From Octopus bimaculoides (taxonomy: Eukaryota), in assembly GCF_001194135.2 (NCBI RefSeq), contig NC_068997.1, positions 48,431,535-48,495,534 on the forward strand: a stretch of 64,000 nt of DNA. Direction: 5' to 3'. Below the pieces are notes generated by a model, which made no database searches, was not told where the DNA came from, and saw nothing but the letters and a program-made list of their open reading frames with translations. Positions 24,805-37,631 of the stretch are shown here, in pieces. A program made the position numbers and the translations under genes. Each line of letters opens with the position of its first letter. Within the stretch, counting starts at the first letter, position 1.

Positions 24805-24969
24805 TGTTTTCATGTTTATAGCTAGGAGAAAATGAATTCGTGAACATTTTTTGCGCTCTAATTTTGCTAAGTTTGAATTCTTGTTCCGCCATTTTCGAAA
24901 CGTTTCTCTTTTTTTTAAAAGATATATCTTCTCTTTAATGCAATCAAACCACGATTTACCATATATTTT

Positions 24970-25020
<51 letters not shown>

Positions 25021-26563
25021 ATGAAATTCCACTTTCTATAACCCTTCTTGGCGTACTCTAAAGGCGCACTCAACACTCCTACTTTGCACTGTAACATCTC
25101 ATTACAACACACCCACTCCATTCTTCCTCCGCAGCCTCTCAACGTTGCTCCGCTCCAGCTTATTAACTCTGGCGTATCTTAATATTTAATTTAGTTCGAA
25201 AGATTTAAGAAAACTGAGAGCAACAAGAACAAGAACAGGAAGAAAAAGAAGAAAGCAATTAGCAGAACACAACGATTACCCCATCATCATCATCATCATC
25301 CTCATCATCATAACGACCATGGTCGTCGATGTCGTCGACCTCGCCGTCATCCTCATTGCTATTGTTATAGTCATCATCATCATCATCATCATCATTCCTT
25401 CCTCCTCCTACTCCTCCTCCTCCTAGTCGTCATTGTTGTCATCCTTCTCCTTTTTCTATTCCTCCTCCTTCTCCTCCTCCTTCTCCTCCTCCTTCTCCTC
25501 CTCCTTCTCCTCCTCCTCCTCCTCCTCCTCNNNNNNNNNNNNNNNNNNNNNNNNNNNNNNNNNNNNNNNNNNNNNNNNNNNNNNNNNNNNNNNNNNNNNN
25601 NNNNNNNNNNNNNNNNNNNNNNNNNNNNNNNNNNNNNNNNNNNNNNNNNNNNNNNNNNNNNNNNNNNNNNNNNNNNNNNNNNNNNNNNNNNNNNNNNNNN
25701 NNNNNNNNNNNNNNNNNNNNNNNNNNNNNNNNNNNNNNNNNNNNNNNNNNNNNNNNNNNNNNNNNNNNNNNNNNNNNNNNNNNNNNNNNNNNNNNNNNNN
25801 NNNNNNNNNNNNNNNNNNNNNNNNNNNNNNNNNNNNNNNNNNNNNNNNNNNNNNNNNNNNNNNNNNNNNNNNNNNNNNNNNNNNNNNNNNNNNNNNNNNN
25901 NNNNNNNNNNNNNNNNNNNNNNNNNNNNNNNNNNNNNNNNNNNNNNNNNNNNNNNNNNNNNNNNNNNNNNNNNNNNNNNNNNNNNNNNNNNNNNNNNNNN
26001 NNNNNNNNNNNNNNNNNNNNNNNNNNNNNNNNNNNNNNNNNNNNNNNNNNNNNNNNNNNNNNNNNNNNNNNNNNNNNNNNNNNNNNNNNNNNNNNNNNNN
26101 NNNNNNNNNNNNNNNNNNNNNNNNNNNNNNNNNNNNNNNNNNNNNNNNNNNNNNNNNNNNNNNNNNNNNNNNNNNNNNNNNNNNNNNNNNNNNNNNNNNN
26201 NNNNNNNNNNNNNNNNNNNNNNNNNNNNNNNNNNNNNNNNNNNNNNNNNNNNNNNNNNNNNNNNNNNNNNNNNNNNNNNNNNNNNNNNNNNNNNNNNNNN
26301 NNNNNNNNNNNNNNNNNNNNNNNNNNNNNNNNNNNNNNNNNNNNNNNNNNNNNNNNNNNNNNNNNNNNNNNNNNNNNNNNNNNNNNNNNNNNNNNNNNNN
26401 NNNNNNNNNNNNNNNNNNNNNNNNNNNNNNNNNNNNNNNNNNNNNNNNNNNNNNNNNNNNNNNNNNNNNNNNNNNTAATAATAATAATAGTAACAGTAAT
26501 GGTATCAAATAATAATAGTAACAGTAATGGCATCAAATAATAATAGTAACAGTAATGGCATCA

Positions 26564-26612
<49 letters not shown>

Positions 26613-26683
26613 TTAATAATAATAATAAAAATAAAAATAAGAATAATAAAATAATAATAATAATAGTAACAGTAATGGCATCG

Positions 26684-26715
<32 letters not shown>
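24323..26715. repeat. Microsatellite cluster plus a 28-bp minisatellite
   Basis: (AT)n, (CATA)n, (CT)n, (ACT)n at 24970-25021, (CAT)n and (CTC)n. The unit AATAATAATAGTAACAGTAATGGCATCA occurs three times at ~26480-26565 and once at ~26655. Confidence 0.9.
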
Positions 26716-27401
26716 GGAATTCATCTAATGCTTCTACTCTGTGACATTTAACTCACAAAATAAAAATAAAAAACACAGAAAACAGGGGATACTCTAATGC
26801 TAGGAAACATCAACTTTCTTTTCTCTGATTTTTTTTTGTTTTTTGTTGTTTTTAACGACAACGCTATTTGTTTGATTTAAGTTACCATCTAACATTTCTG
26901 GAATATTCTTGAGAAAATTAACATTTGCTAAAATACCGAACACAAACTACTCACACAAACAAATTTCTAATACATTACCTGTTGCCGTGTTCTGGTTATT
27001 TTTATTTCAATAATTCCTTTTATGGTTTGCTTTCTTGAAATGCAAATAGTCTTCTCCGGTGATTGTAGAATGGTGGATGTTATTAATCGCAAAGTGAGAA
27101 GTTTTCAGGTAAAAATGTGTTAACGCTAATGTTTAAAGTTCTCCCTCTCTCTTTTTCTTATTCCTTCTCTTTCCCTCACCACTCTTTCTGTCTGTCTGTC
27201 TGTCTGTCTCTGTCTCTTTGTTTCTGTTTATTTATCTATATAGTTCTTCGTTTTTTTCTTTCTCTATGTCTATCTATCCGTTTGTCTCTCTCTCACGCGA
27301 GCAAACATTCAGGTGAAATAATTAGTCCAACATTCAGTGAATTCGAAATAAGCTGTAGCCATAATAAGTAAAAAGACAAACCTTCACACACATGTAAATG
27401 C

Positions 27402-27435
<34 letters not shown>

Positions 27436-27595
27436 NNNNNNNNNNNNNNNNNNNNNNNNNNNNNNNNNNNNNNNNNNNNNNNNNNNNNNNNNNNNNNNNN
27501 NNNNNNNNNNNNNNNNNNNNNNNNNNNNNNNNNNNNNNNNNNNNNNNNNNNNNNNNNNNNNNNNNNNNNNNNNNNNNNNNNNNNNNNNNNNNNNN

Positions 27596-27638
<43 letters not shown>

Positions 27639-27949
27639 TATACATTTATGTAATTTATGCACGCATACACAAAATATATAATAGAATATCAACTGTAAGA
27701 ACACACATATACAACTATACGTACATGGATAAGCACACATACATGGATGTATTTGTGAATATATATATGTATATATATATATATATATATTTACATATGT
27801 ATACATATAATTATATGTATGTATAAAAGCATACAAAAATATGTGCAGGCATACATGGGCGCATATACATGTATGTGCAAATATATAGACAGTTCCAGAT
27901 AAGCTTAATTAGGTACGTATTACCAACGCATCACATTACATGCAAGCAA

Positions 27950-28185
27950 TATTTCGACGGATATTTGTCCTCATCTTGTTTGTTGTTAACACAACGTTTC
28001 GGCTGATGTACTCTCCAGTCTTCATCAGGTGCCTTAGGGGAATATCGAACCTGGGTATTTTTCCGATGATATTATTATTATTATTATTGTTATTATAATT
28101 CAGCTCACTACCTGGAATCGAACTCGGAATCTTGGGGTTAGTAGCCTGCGCTCTTAAGCACTACGCCATATGTCCGTGGGCGATT
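27950..28185 (-). mobile_element. Repeat family H1, copy 1: tRNA-like Pol III head + (AAT)n + hammerhead
   Basis: A-box-like TGGCGTAGTGC (28168-28158) and B box GAGTTCGATTCC (28125-28114), then a short (AAT)n. The following segment is shared with 33676-33812. Confidence 0.75.
27988..28033 (-). ncRNA. Minimal type I hammerhead ribozyme motif (H1 copy 1)
   Basis: Reverse complement: GGCAC CUGAUGA A GACUG GAGAGUACAU CAGCC GAAAC GUU GUGUU. Canonical core; one mismatch in stem II. Confidence 0.7.
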
Positions 28186-28301
28186 ATGGATTGAATTTTA
28201 GGGCTTATAAATCTAATATTTTCCTATCCTTTCTTAATACCGGTTCCCATATGCTGCTCATATCTGCGCTCGGTCTGCTTAGGAGGTTATTATGTCGTAG
28301 C

Positions 28302-28332
<31 letters not shown>

Positions 28333-28420
28333 TGTATGCATGCATGCATGTATGTATGTAAGTATGTATGTATTCTTGAGCAAAGCACTTCACGTTGCTC
28401 CGCGATCATTTTGTCATTTG

Positions 28421-28451
<31 letters not shown>

Positions 28452-28623
28452 CACACATATATGTAGGCATAAAGAATGGGTTTTACATATTTCTTTATTG
28501 CTTTATTTCTGCATCTTAGACTTACAGCTGTTTCTGTTATTCATTCTAGGTGTGTACATAGTTCCGTAGATAATCGCTTATTAATAACTCTTTATATNNN
28601 NNNNNNNNNNNNNNNNNNNNNNN

Positions 28624-28654
<31 letters not shown>

Positions 28655-28659
28655 GTGTG

Positions 28660-28712
<53 letters not shown>

Positions 28713-28804
28713 GTATGTATATGTATATATATATGTATATGTATATATATATATGTATATATATGTATATATATATATATATGTATGTGTGTATATATAC
28801 ATTT

Positions 28805-28940
28805 TAAGATCCACAAAGAGCAGAACTTATCTGCAGCTCTTGGTGCTCCAAATCGGAGGTGCAATCTATGTGGGCGTCTTTCCAGAACATTGTCTGGTTT
28901 AAAAAGCAACATCAGATGCCTTGATGGTGCTAGGGCGTAG
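28805..28940 (+). mobile_element. Possible LINE (RTE-like) ORF2 C-terminal zinc-finger remnant
   Basis: Reads RCNLCGRLSRTLSGLKSNIRC, similar to the CxxCGRxxxSxxGLxSHxR motif. Confidence 0.4.
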
Positions 28941-29442
28941 CTTAACGTTTCAGTAAAATAGAACCATAAAACAAATACGAGACTTTCAAAGATAGTATTG
29001 AGGTCGACTTGTCCAAATAAACCCTACATAACGGTAGCCGAGCAGGGCCGCCATTCAATGACCGAAGCAAGAAAATGATAGTGTATAACCGATATAACTG
29101 TCGATATACCACAGTCATAATAACATATTTTTTATATCTGCCCATAAAAAAAAAAACCGATATATAATGCACTTGCATATAATGTTTCATGTAGCTTTAC
29201 ATATATGCAGAAGCACATAAAAGATGCACATGCATAATAATGCACAATTATTGCATATGTACATAATGCATCTGTATTGAACTGTTCATACATGAGAGTA
29301 AGATATTACATAGAGTTTACGTAACTGCACTTAACGAAAACCAATATTTGATGCAACTGTACACAATAGTTTCATAGATTTATTCATACTGTGGTTGCAC
29401 ATAGCAGCCACAATATAAATAAATAAATAAATATTTATAGAC

Positions 29443-29993
29443 GCAGGAGTGGCTCTGTGGTAAGTAGCTTGCCTACCAACCACATGGTTCCGGGTTCAGT
29501 CCCACTGCGTGGCACCTTGGGCAAGTGTCTTCTACTATAGCCTCGGGCCGATCAAAGCCTTGTGAGTAGCTTTGGTACACGGAAACCGAAGGAAGCTAGT
29601 TCTATATATATATATATGTATGTATGTATATATATATGCGCGTGTGTGTGTGTGTGTGTGTGTGTACGTACAAATACACTGATATGTATATATANNNNNN
29701 NNNNNNNNNNNNNNNNNNNNNNNNNNNNNNNNNNNNNNNNNNNNNNNNNNNNNNNNNNNNNNNNNNNNNNNNNNNNNNNNNNNNNNNNNNNNNNNNNNNN
29801 NNNNNNNNNNNNNNNNNNNNNNNNNNNNNNNNNNNNNNNNNNNNNNNNNNNNNNNNNNNNNNNNNNNNNNNNNNNNNNNNNNNNNNNNNNNNNNNNNNNN
29901 NNNNNNNNNNNNNNNNNNNNNNNNNNNNNNNNNNNNNNNNNNNNNNNNNNNNNNNNNNNNNNNNNNNNNNNNNNNNNNNNNNNNNNNNNNNNN

Positions 29994-30024
<31 letters not shown>

Positions 30025-30262
30025 AGCACACATACACATACACATACACACATATACACATAGACATACACATATATATGCGTGTTCGTTTGTGTGTCTT
30101 TGCGTTTATGCTTTCCCCCCACCCACAACTACCGCTTGACAACCAGCGCTGTTGCATTTACATCCCTGTAACTTAGCGGTTCTGCAAAATAGTCCGACAC
30201 TAAAAGTACCAGGCTTAAAGTAAAAATGTAATGGAATCGATTTTTTTCGACTAAAATTCTTC
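29443..30262 (+). mobile_element. SINE family C with internal microsatellite and gap
   Basis: Head gcaggagtggctctgtggtaagtagcttgcc...gggttcagtcccactgcg, an internal (AT)/(TG) tract with a gap, then the family-C tail. Confidence 0.9.
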
Positions 30263-30349
30263 AAAACAAAATTTAAAACATATATCTATTTTTGTCGCGC
30301 ATATCTATGTCGCGCATAGCAACTGCAATATATATATATAAATACAGGT

Positions 30350-30935
30350 GCAGGAGTGACTCTGTGGTAAGTAGCTTGCTTACCAACCACATGGTTCCGG
30401 GTTCAGTCCTATTGCATGGCATCTTGAGCAAGTGTCTTCTATAGCCTCGGGCCTATTAAAGCCTTGTGAGTGGATTTGGTAGACAGAAACTGAAAGAAGC
30501 CTGTCGTATATATATATATATATATATATNNNNNNNNNNNNNNNNNNNNNNNNNNNNNNNNNNNNNNNNNNNNNNNNNNNNNNNNNNNNNNNNNNNNNNN
30601 NNNNNNNNNNNNNNNNNNNNNNNNNNNNNNNNNNNNNNNNNNNNNNNNNNNNNNNNNNNNNNNNNNNNNNNNNNNNNNNNNNNNNNNNNNNNNNNNNNNN
30701 NNNNNNNNNNNNNNNNNNNNNNNNNNNNNNNNNNNNNNNNNNNNNNNNNNNNNNNNNNNNNNNNNNNNNNNNNNNNNNNNNNNNNNNNNNNNNNNNNNNN
30801 NNNNNNNNNNNNNNNNNNNNNNNNNNNNNNNNNNNNNNNNNNNNNNNNNNNNNNNNNNNNNNNNNNNNNNNNNNNNNNNNNNNNNNNNNNNNNNNNNNNN
30901 NNNNNNNNNNNNNNACAAATAAAAGGATAAAAGAA
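30350..30935 (+). mobile_element. SINE family C, middle lost in a gap
   Basis: Family-C head at 30350-30510, then (AT)n and a gap; 'aaaggataaaagaataa' after the gap resembles the tail end. Confidence 0.8.
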
Positions 30936-30998
30936 TAAACAATTGCAAAATTGCGTGTATATAAGAGTTAAATAGATATGTGTAGCACAGGGTAAGGA

Positions 30999-31205
30999 GG
31001 CGAGCTGGGAGAAGCGTCAGCACGCCGGGCGAGATGCTTAGCGGTATTTCGTCTGTCTTTACGTTCTGAGTCCAAATTCCGCCCAGGTGGACTCTGCCTT
31101 TCATCCTTTCGGGGTCGTTAAATTAAGTACCAGTTGCGTACTGCGATCGATCTAATCGACTGGCCCCCTCCTCCAAAATTTCGGGCCTTGTGCCTGAAGT
31201 GGAAA
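30999..31205 (+). mobile_element. SINE family A
   Basis: ggcgagctgg...gcttagcggtatttcgtctgtctttacgttctgagtccaaattcc...gcctttcatcctttcggggtcg. Confidence 0.9.
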
Positions 31206-31791
31206 AGAATATTTATAGCACATGTGCACAAATCTGTATGCATCAGAGCCGCATACAACATAGATTTTATGTACGAAATTTGCATGTCAGACCAACATAT
31301 AATGCAATTGCACTCAGTGCAGTTTAATATATCTATATATATAACAGTTGCACATAACACCTTCACATGCACATGCATAAAACTGCATTGCAACCTATTT
31401 ATAATTCATATGCACAGGCCTACTTGCATTAGCGCTACCTATACTACAAATTTGCACAATTGCATCGTATAAAGAAAAAAAGCCGACATTTAATACAGCT
31501 GCAACAGAATACAGTTTCACACATTTCTACACATTGCAGTAGCACGTAACAGCTGCAGCTGCGCATGCATAATGCATCTACGCAACTGCACATACGGGAC
31601 TGTACATTACGGAATTACACACCACGAAGTTGTTGCTTGCGCAACCGCTCAGGTATTTACGCTGATACAACCGTTCATATAACATAGAGAAGCTTGTATT
31701 AAATATCAGAGAGAGAGAGAGANNNNNNNNNNNNNNNNNNNNNNNNNNNNNNNNNNNNNNNNNNNNNNNNNNNNNNNNNNNNNNNNNNNNN

Positions 31792-31827
<36 letters not shown>

Positions 31828-32056
31828 CAAGATAGAGTGAGAGAGGAACAAAGAGGAAGAGTGTGTCGGATAGAAGGGTTAGTTAGGTAGATAGATAGAT
31901 AGCTATAAAGATAGATGTGTAGATAGATAAACAGATAGGTAGATAGATAAATAGATAAATAAGTATATAGATGGGTAGATAGATAGGTAGGTAGATAGGT
32001 AGGTAGATAGATAGGCAGATAGATAGGTAGAGAGAAAGAAAGATAAATAGATAGAC

Positions 32057-32090
<34 letters not shown>

Positions 32091-32165
32091 GTAGATAGAT
32101 AGATAGATAGATAGATAGGTAGAGAGATAGAGAGTGGGGGTAAGATTGATAGATAGACAGATTGA
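31792..32165. repeat. (GA)n and (GATA)n microsatellites
   Basis: Simple repeats. Confidence 0.9.
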
Positions 32166-32309
32166 GAGAAAGAGAATGAGTTGTTGTGGGAGGTAAATGT
32201 TAAAATAATCGATAAGACAGAATCTGCTGCACTAAAGAAACTCAGTTAATTATTTTCCAGAAATCGAAAATATATTCTTCCGATCTTCTATTATAGTATT
32301 ATTCTTATA

Positions 32310-32500
32310 TTCTTTTATTCTTGTATACCCGTTTTCAGTCATTGGGCTACGGCCATGCTGGGGCAGTGCCTTGGAGAGGGAATTTGCTTTCCTTATTCGA
32401 TCAAATCAACCTCCGCACTTATTCTATTGCTCGTTCTAATTTCTTTTGCCGAACTGCCAAGTTATGCGGACGTAAATGAACCCTTACCGGTTGTCAAGTG
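32310..32500 (-). mobile_element. SINE family C tail (diverged)
   Basis: 'ttttcagtcattgggctacggccatgctggggcagtgcctt...ttttgccgaactgccaagttatgcggacgtaa'. Confidence 0.7.
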
Positions 32501-33654
32501 ATGAGAAGCAAATACATTTGGCGCGCGCATACATACATGTACAAATGTTTATTTGTATATATATATATATNNNNNNNNNNNNNNNNNNNNNNNNNNNNNN
32601 NNNNNNNNNNNNNNNNNNNNNNNNNNNNNNNNNNNNNNNNNNNNNNNNNNNNNNNNNNNNNNNNNNNNNNNNNNNNNNNNNNNNNNNNNNNNNNNNNNNN
32701 NNNNNNNNNNNNNNNNNNNNNNNNNNNNNNNNNNNNNNNNNNNNNNNNNNNNNNNNNNNNNNNNNNNNNNNNNNNNNNNNNNNNNNNNNNNNNNNNNNNN
32801 NNNNNNNNNNNNNNNNNNNNNNNNNNNNNNNNNNNNNNNNNNNNNNNNNNNNNNNNNNNNNNNNNNNNNNNNNNNNNNNNNNNNNNNNNNNNNNNNNNNN
32901 NNNNNNNNNNNNNNNNNNNNNNNNNNNNNNNNNNNNNNNNNNNNNNNNNNNNNNNNNNNNNNNNNNNNNNNNNNNNNNNNNNNNNNNNNNNNNNNNNNNN
33001 NNNNNNNNNNNNNNNNNNNNNNNNNNNNNNNNNNNNNNNNNNNNNNNNNNNNNNNNNNNNNNNNNNNNNNNNNNNNNNNNNNNNNNNNNNNNNNNNNNNN
33101 NNNNNNNNNNNNNNNNNNNNNNNNNNNNNNNNNNNNNNNNNNNNNNNNNNNNNNNNNNNNNNNNNNNNNNNNNNNNNNNNNNNNNNNNNNNNNNNNNNNN
33201 NNNNNNNNNNNNNNNNNNNNNNNNNNNNNNNNNNNNNNNNNNNNNNNNNNNNNNNNNNNNNNNNNNNNNNNNNNNNNNNNNNNNNNNNNNNNNNNNNNNN
33301 NNNNNNNNNNNNNNNNNNNNNNNNNNNNNNNNNNNNNNNNNNNNNNNNNNNNNNNNNNNNNNNNNNNNNNNNNNNNNNNNNNNNNNTATATATATGTATA
33401 TATATAAATATACACACGCTTATAACACCTTTTCCTTCCCTTCAATTTTCTTTGTCGTTTGTACACTGTGTAAATTGGATTTATTAATATAAATACCTAT
33501 ATATTTATACCTAAATATCCATCCTCTGAAAGCCTCCCGTTTTGCATGTATACATATACACATATTTTGTCTTTCGTACTCAAACTGTTATATTTAATAT
33601 ATCTAATATGGTTATCCGCATAATTGTCTCCACATCTGCTCAACTTGATACTTC

Positions 33655-33806
33655 TTACATTATTTACATTATTTACATTCGACGGATATTTGTCCTCATT
33701 TTGTTTGTTGTTAACACTACGTTTCGGCTGATATGCCCTCCAGCCTTCATCAGGTGTCTTGGGGGAAATTTCGAACCTGGGTTCTCATTCCTAAGGTATT
33801 TTTCGA

Positions 33807-33867
<61 letters not shown>
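33655..33867 (-). mobile_element. Repeat family H1, copy 2, with (AAT)n at its 5' side
   Basis: 33676-33812 aligns with 27953-28070. Confidence 0.75.
33713..33758 (-). ncRNA. Minimal type I hammerhead ribozyme motif with intact core (H1 copy 2)
   Basis: Reverse complement: GACAC CUGAUGA A GGCUG GAGGGCAUAU CAGCC GAAAC GUA GUGUU. Stem I GACAC/GUGUU, stem II GGCUG/CAGCC, palindromic helix III ACGU, GUA cleavage triplet. Confidence 0.8.
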
Positions 33868-35142
33868 GGGATCAAACTCATTTATGCTGCCGTTGTCTTC
33901 GATGCTGTTGCTTAGCCCCAGGTCAGCCCCGATTAAGAGACCCTTGATGAAAGCTGTTCAAGTCTTGACCGTCCTATTTTTTAAATGACAGAGTGTAATT
34001 TGAGGGAATTTGGTTGCTATTTCTAGCAGATTGATGGTGTAGTGGTCTTTTCGTTGTCTCCTCCAATGTGAACAAACATGTTATAAATATAAACGTCAAG
34101 AATATCAAATATCGAACATGGTATAAATAGAGCCGATATCATTAGTTTAACATAGCAGCAATGAAGGCTATAAATTTATAACGATGACAACAACAACAAC
34201 AACATCAACAACAATGACGATAATATGAATTATAAAAAAAAGAATAAAAGGTAGCAAACACTCTGTGACATTTAAGCAATATGATATGTAAACGACGATA
34301 ACAAATATACATGAACACACATACATACATAGACATGCGCAGATGTATATATATATATATATATGCANNNNNNNNNNNNNNNNNNNNNNNNNNNNNNNNN
34401 NNNNNNNNNNNNNNNNNNNNNNNNNNNNNNNNNNNNNNNNNNNNNNNNNNNNNNNNNNNNNNNNNNNNNNNNNNNNNNNNNNNNNNNNNNNNNNNNNNNN
34501 NNNNNNNNNNNNNNNNNNNNNNNNNNNNNNNNNNNNNNNNNNNNNNNNNNNNNNNNNNNNNNNNNNNNNNNNNNNNNNNNNNNNNNNNNNNNNNNNNNNN
34601 NNNNNNNNNNNNNNNNNNNNNNNNNNNNNNNNNNNNNNNNNNNNNNNNNNNNNNNNNNNNNNNNNNNNNNNNNNNNNNNNNNNNNNNNNNNNNNNNNNNN
34701 NNNNNNNNNNNNNNNNNNNNNNNNNNNNNNNNNNNNNNNNNNNNNNNNNNNNNNNNNNNNNNNNNNNNNNNNNNNNNNNNNNNNNNNNNNNNNNNNNNNN
34801 NNNNNNNNNNNNNNNNNNNNNNNNNNNNNNNNNNNNNNNNNNNNNNNNNNNNNNNNNNNNNNNNNNNNNNNNNNNNNNNNNNNNNNNNNNNNNNNNNNNN
34901 NNNNNNNNNNNNNNNNNNNNNNNNNNNNNNNNNNNNNNNNNNNNNNNNNNNNNNNNNNNNNNNNNNNNNNNNNNNNNNNNNNNNNNNNNNNNNNNNNNNN
35001 NNNNNNNNNNNNNNNNNNNNNNNNNNNNNNNNNNNNNNNNNNNNNNNNNNNNNNNNNNNNNNNNNNNNNNNNNNNNNNNNNNNCACCACCACCATCACTA
35101 CCTCAACTACAACCGTCCCCACCATCATCGTCACTATCGTCG

Positions 35143-35182
<40 letters not shown>

Positions 35183-35259
35183 CATCATCAACCCTTGGAT
35201 ATTATTGTCTCGAATCTTAGGACACATAAAGATTGTTGATCGATTCCTAACACTGGCCC

Positions 35260-36700
35260 TGACTGGGACGCTTGTCCTCTGCAGGGCTACTCATTTACGT
35301 CCGAGCGAACTGGACCAGCATGAAAGGAAACGATGAAGTGTTTTGCTGAAGAACACAACGCACTGTTCGGTCCGGTCCGGTCCGGTCTGGGAATCGAACC
35401 AACGATCTTTTGACCATGAGTGCAACACCTAAACTACAAGACCACACGTCTTCCCTTTGTGCCTCGGTGAGAAACCGATATATTTATATACATAACTGGT
35501 TTTTAACCTTTTATCCAAAGCATTTCTATAAATTTGTCCACGCTTGTAAAACTTTTAGTTGATCCTCGTTTCATGCATCCTAAGTAACACAAAGCTCTCG
35601 TTTCATGAGTCAGAAGTTATTCAGCTGGTTGAAATGACTTGGGAATACGTATCATAGATGATGTATAGATGTCAAGGAAAATATGTCCCGTGTATCACAT
35701 GTAATACGAAGAACGGGCAAAGGGTCAAGACACAATCACGAACTGTGTTACGAAATTGTGGCTTGTGTGTGTGTATGGTGTGTGTGTGTCTGTATGAGGG
35801 AGTTATATCAGGTAGTTTATGTGAGACAGTGAAATCGATCTTCGATTTCTGCGTTAATTTGAACTTTGTAGCATTTTCCTTTTATTTCGCTTCATTAATT
35901 TTAATAACGAATGGCTGGCGAATGAATAATATGAATGAACGAGCGACTGAATACATGAATAAACGAATGATTAAATAATATGAATGGAAGAATATATGAA
36001 TGAACGAATGACTGAATATATGAATGGATGAATTGTTGAATTTAATAGACAAGTATATGAATAAATGAATATTTATGGAGATTAAACAGATGTTAAAAAT
36101 CAAAGACACGAAAAATAACAAAATATATTTTAAAAACAATCAATCAACAACAACAGGGGAAGAGTGAAGTGAGGATACTACAAATTAGAGTTCAATTTGC
36201 GACAAAGAACATAGAAATAATCAATGCCAAAAGCAAAAAAGAAAAAGAAAAAAAAAAAAACAGAAGCACAACACAGCACACATGATTGATTCCGGAAGCC
36301 AAAGGTTGAATGTGTCTGAATAAGAGATGACAGTTAAAAATTGTCGTTCAGAGAATCTGTTACATCATTGTGATTAATATATAAATAATAGTTTTCATGG
36401 CTCTGCACATCAGAGTAAAGAGACCTATATATATATGTTACGTGACCGACCAGGCTATTGGATATTGTTTCACATCGTCGGTCACAATGCGCTTTGCATC
36501 GTTTTAGCCTTCGGATGACGCCACCTCGCTGACCAAGCAAGCAGGCTGACATTTGCTCCTGATCGAAAGGGGGACGTGATCAACGTGAAATGAAGTGTTT
36601 TGCTCGAGAACACACAATGTGCCGCTCTCTCAGGGAATCGAACCTACGGTCTAGCGATCGTGAGTACAATAGTCCAACCACTAGGTCACGCACATTCACA
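35260..36700 (-). mobile_element. Two SINE family B copies (~35260-35450 and ~36430-36700) around a degenerate (GAAT)n tract
   Basis: 'gaaatgaagtgttttgct..agaacacaa...gggaatcgaacc.acg.tct...tgagt.caa...aaccacta' in both; (CGGTC)4 at 35368-35387. Confidence 0.8.
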
Positions 36701-36956
36701 TATACATGTACATTCACATATATGTATATATAGTATAATATAATATAGTGTAGTTTTTTTTATTTTTTGAAGTTGAAAAACTTCACAAATTCACAGCAGG
36801 AATGAACTTCAGTCAGATGATGGGTTTCTCGAAATGTTAAATCTTGCTCTAACTTTGCTGCTCGAGTAATATTGCTTCCATTTTGTTTTGCTATTATGTG
36901 CTGGGACGTATGTATGTATGTATGTATGTATGTATGTATGTATGTATGTATGTATG

Positions 36957-36989
<33 letters not shown>

Positions 36990-37577
36990 CTCTATCTATC
37001 TATCTATCTATCTATCTTTTGAAATAAATAAACGAAGGGTTTCATAGACTTATAGACATAGGGAGAGGAAATCTCTGTCTCAGAAACTTTAACAGATGAA
37101 ATGTGCAAAACAATACAATAAAAAAAATTGTGAATGAAAAATGAATTTTCTTGGGATTAAATATTTATACAGCAATAACAAATATTATTTCATATGTAAA
37201 TGCGGTACTGGAAATTCGACTGAAAGAAATTTCTGCTAATCCCACATTTATATANNNNNNNNNNNNNNNNNNTATATATACGTATATATTATGCGTGTGT
37301 CTTCCATATGCAATTATGCCGAATGCAAATCTAGTTATAAATGATAACTCACAATGCTTAGAGTTAAAATAAACACTTAAACGTAAAAAGAAGTTGGAAA
37401 GAAGGGATTCGAAAAATGCACCCACTGTCAACGCAGACGATCGTAGTCTCATTACACCAGAGTGACTCTCCCGCTCCCAACCATACAAATTAAACGCCAT
37501 AATATTATAAGCAATATATATGTGTGTGTATGTATTCATATATACATATATATCTACGTGTGTGCGTGTGTGTGTGG

Positions 37578-37618
<41 letters not shown>

Positions 37619-37631
37619 ATTTTATTGCAAC

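Larger units (their letters stand above)
29165..31600. repeat. TGCA-rich low-complexity tract interrupted by three SINEs
   Basis: 11 TGCA in 29168-29399 and 21 TGCA in 31225-31590, counted by hand. Confidence 0.7.

Noticed and set aside
37373-37465. TLKRKKKLERRDSKNAPTVNADDRSLITPE* as a terminal exon
   Set aside because: An in-frame stop lies immediately upstream, with no usable acceptor between.
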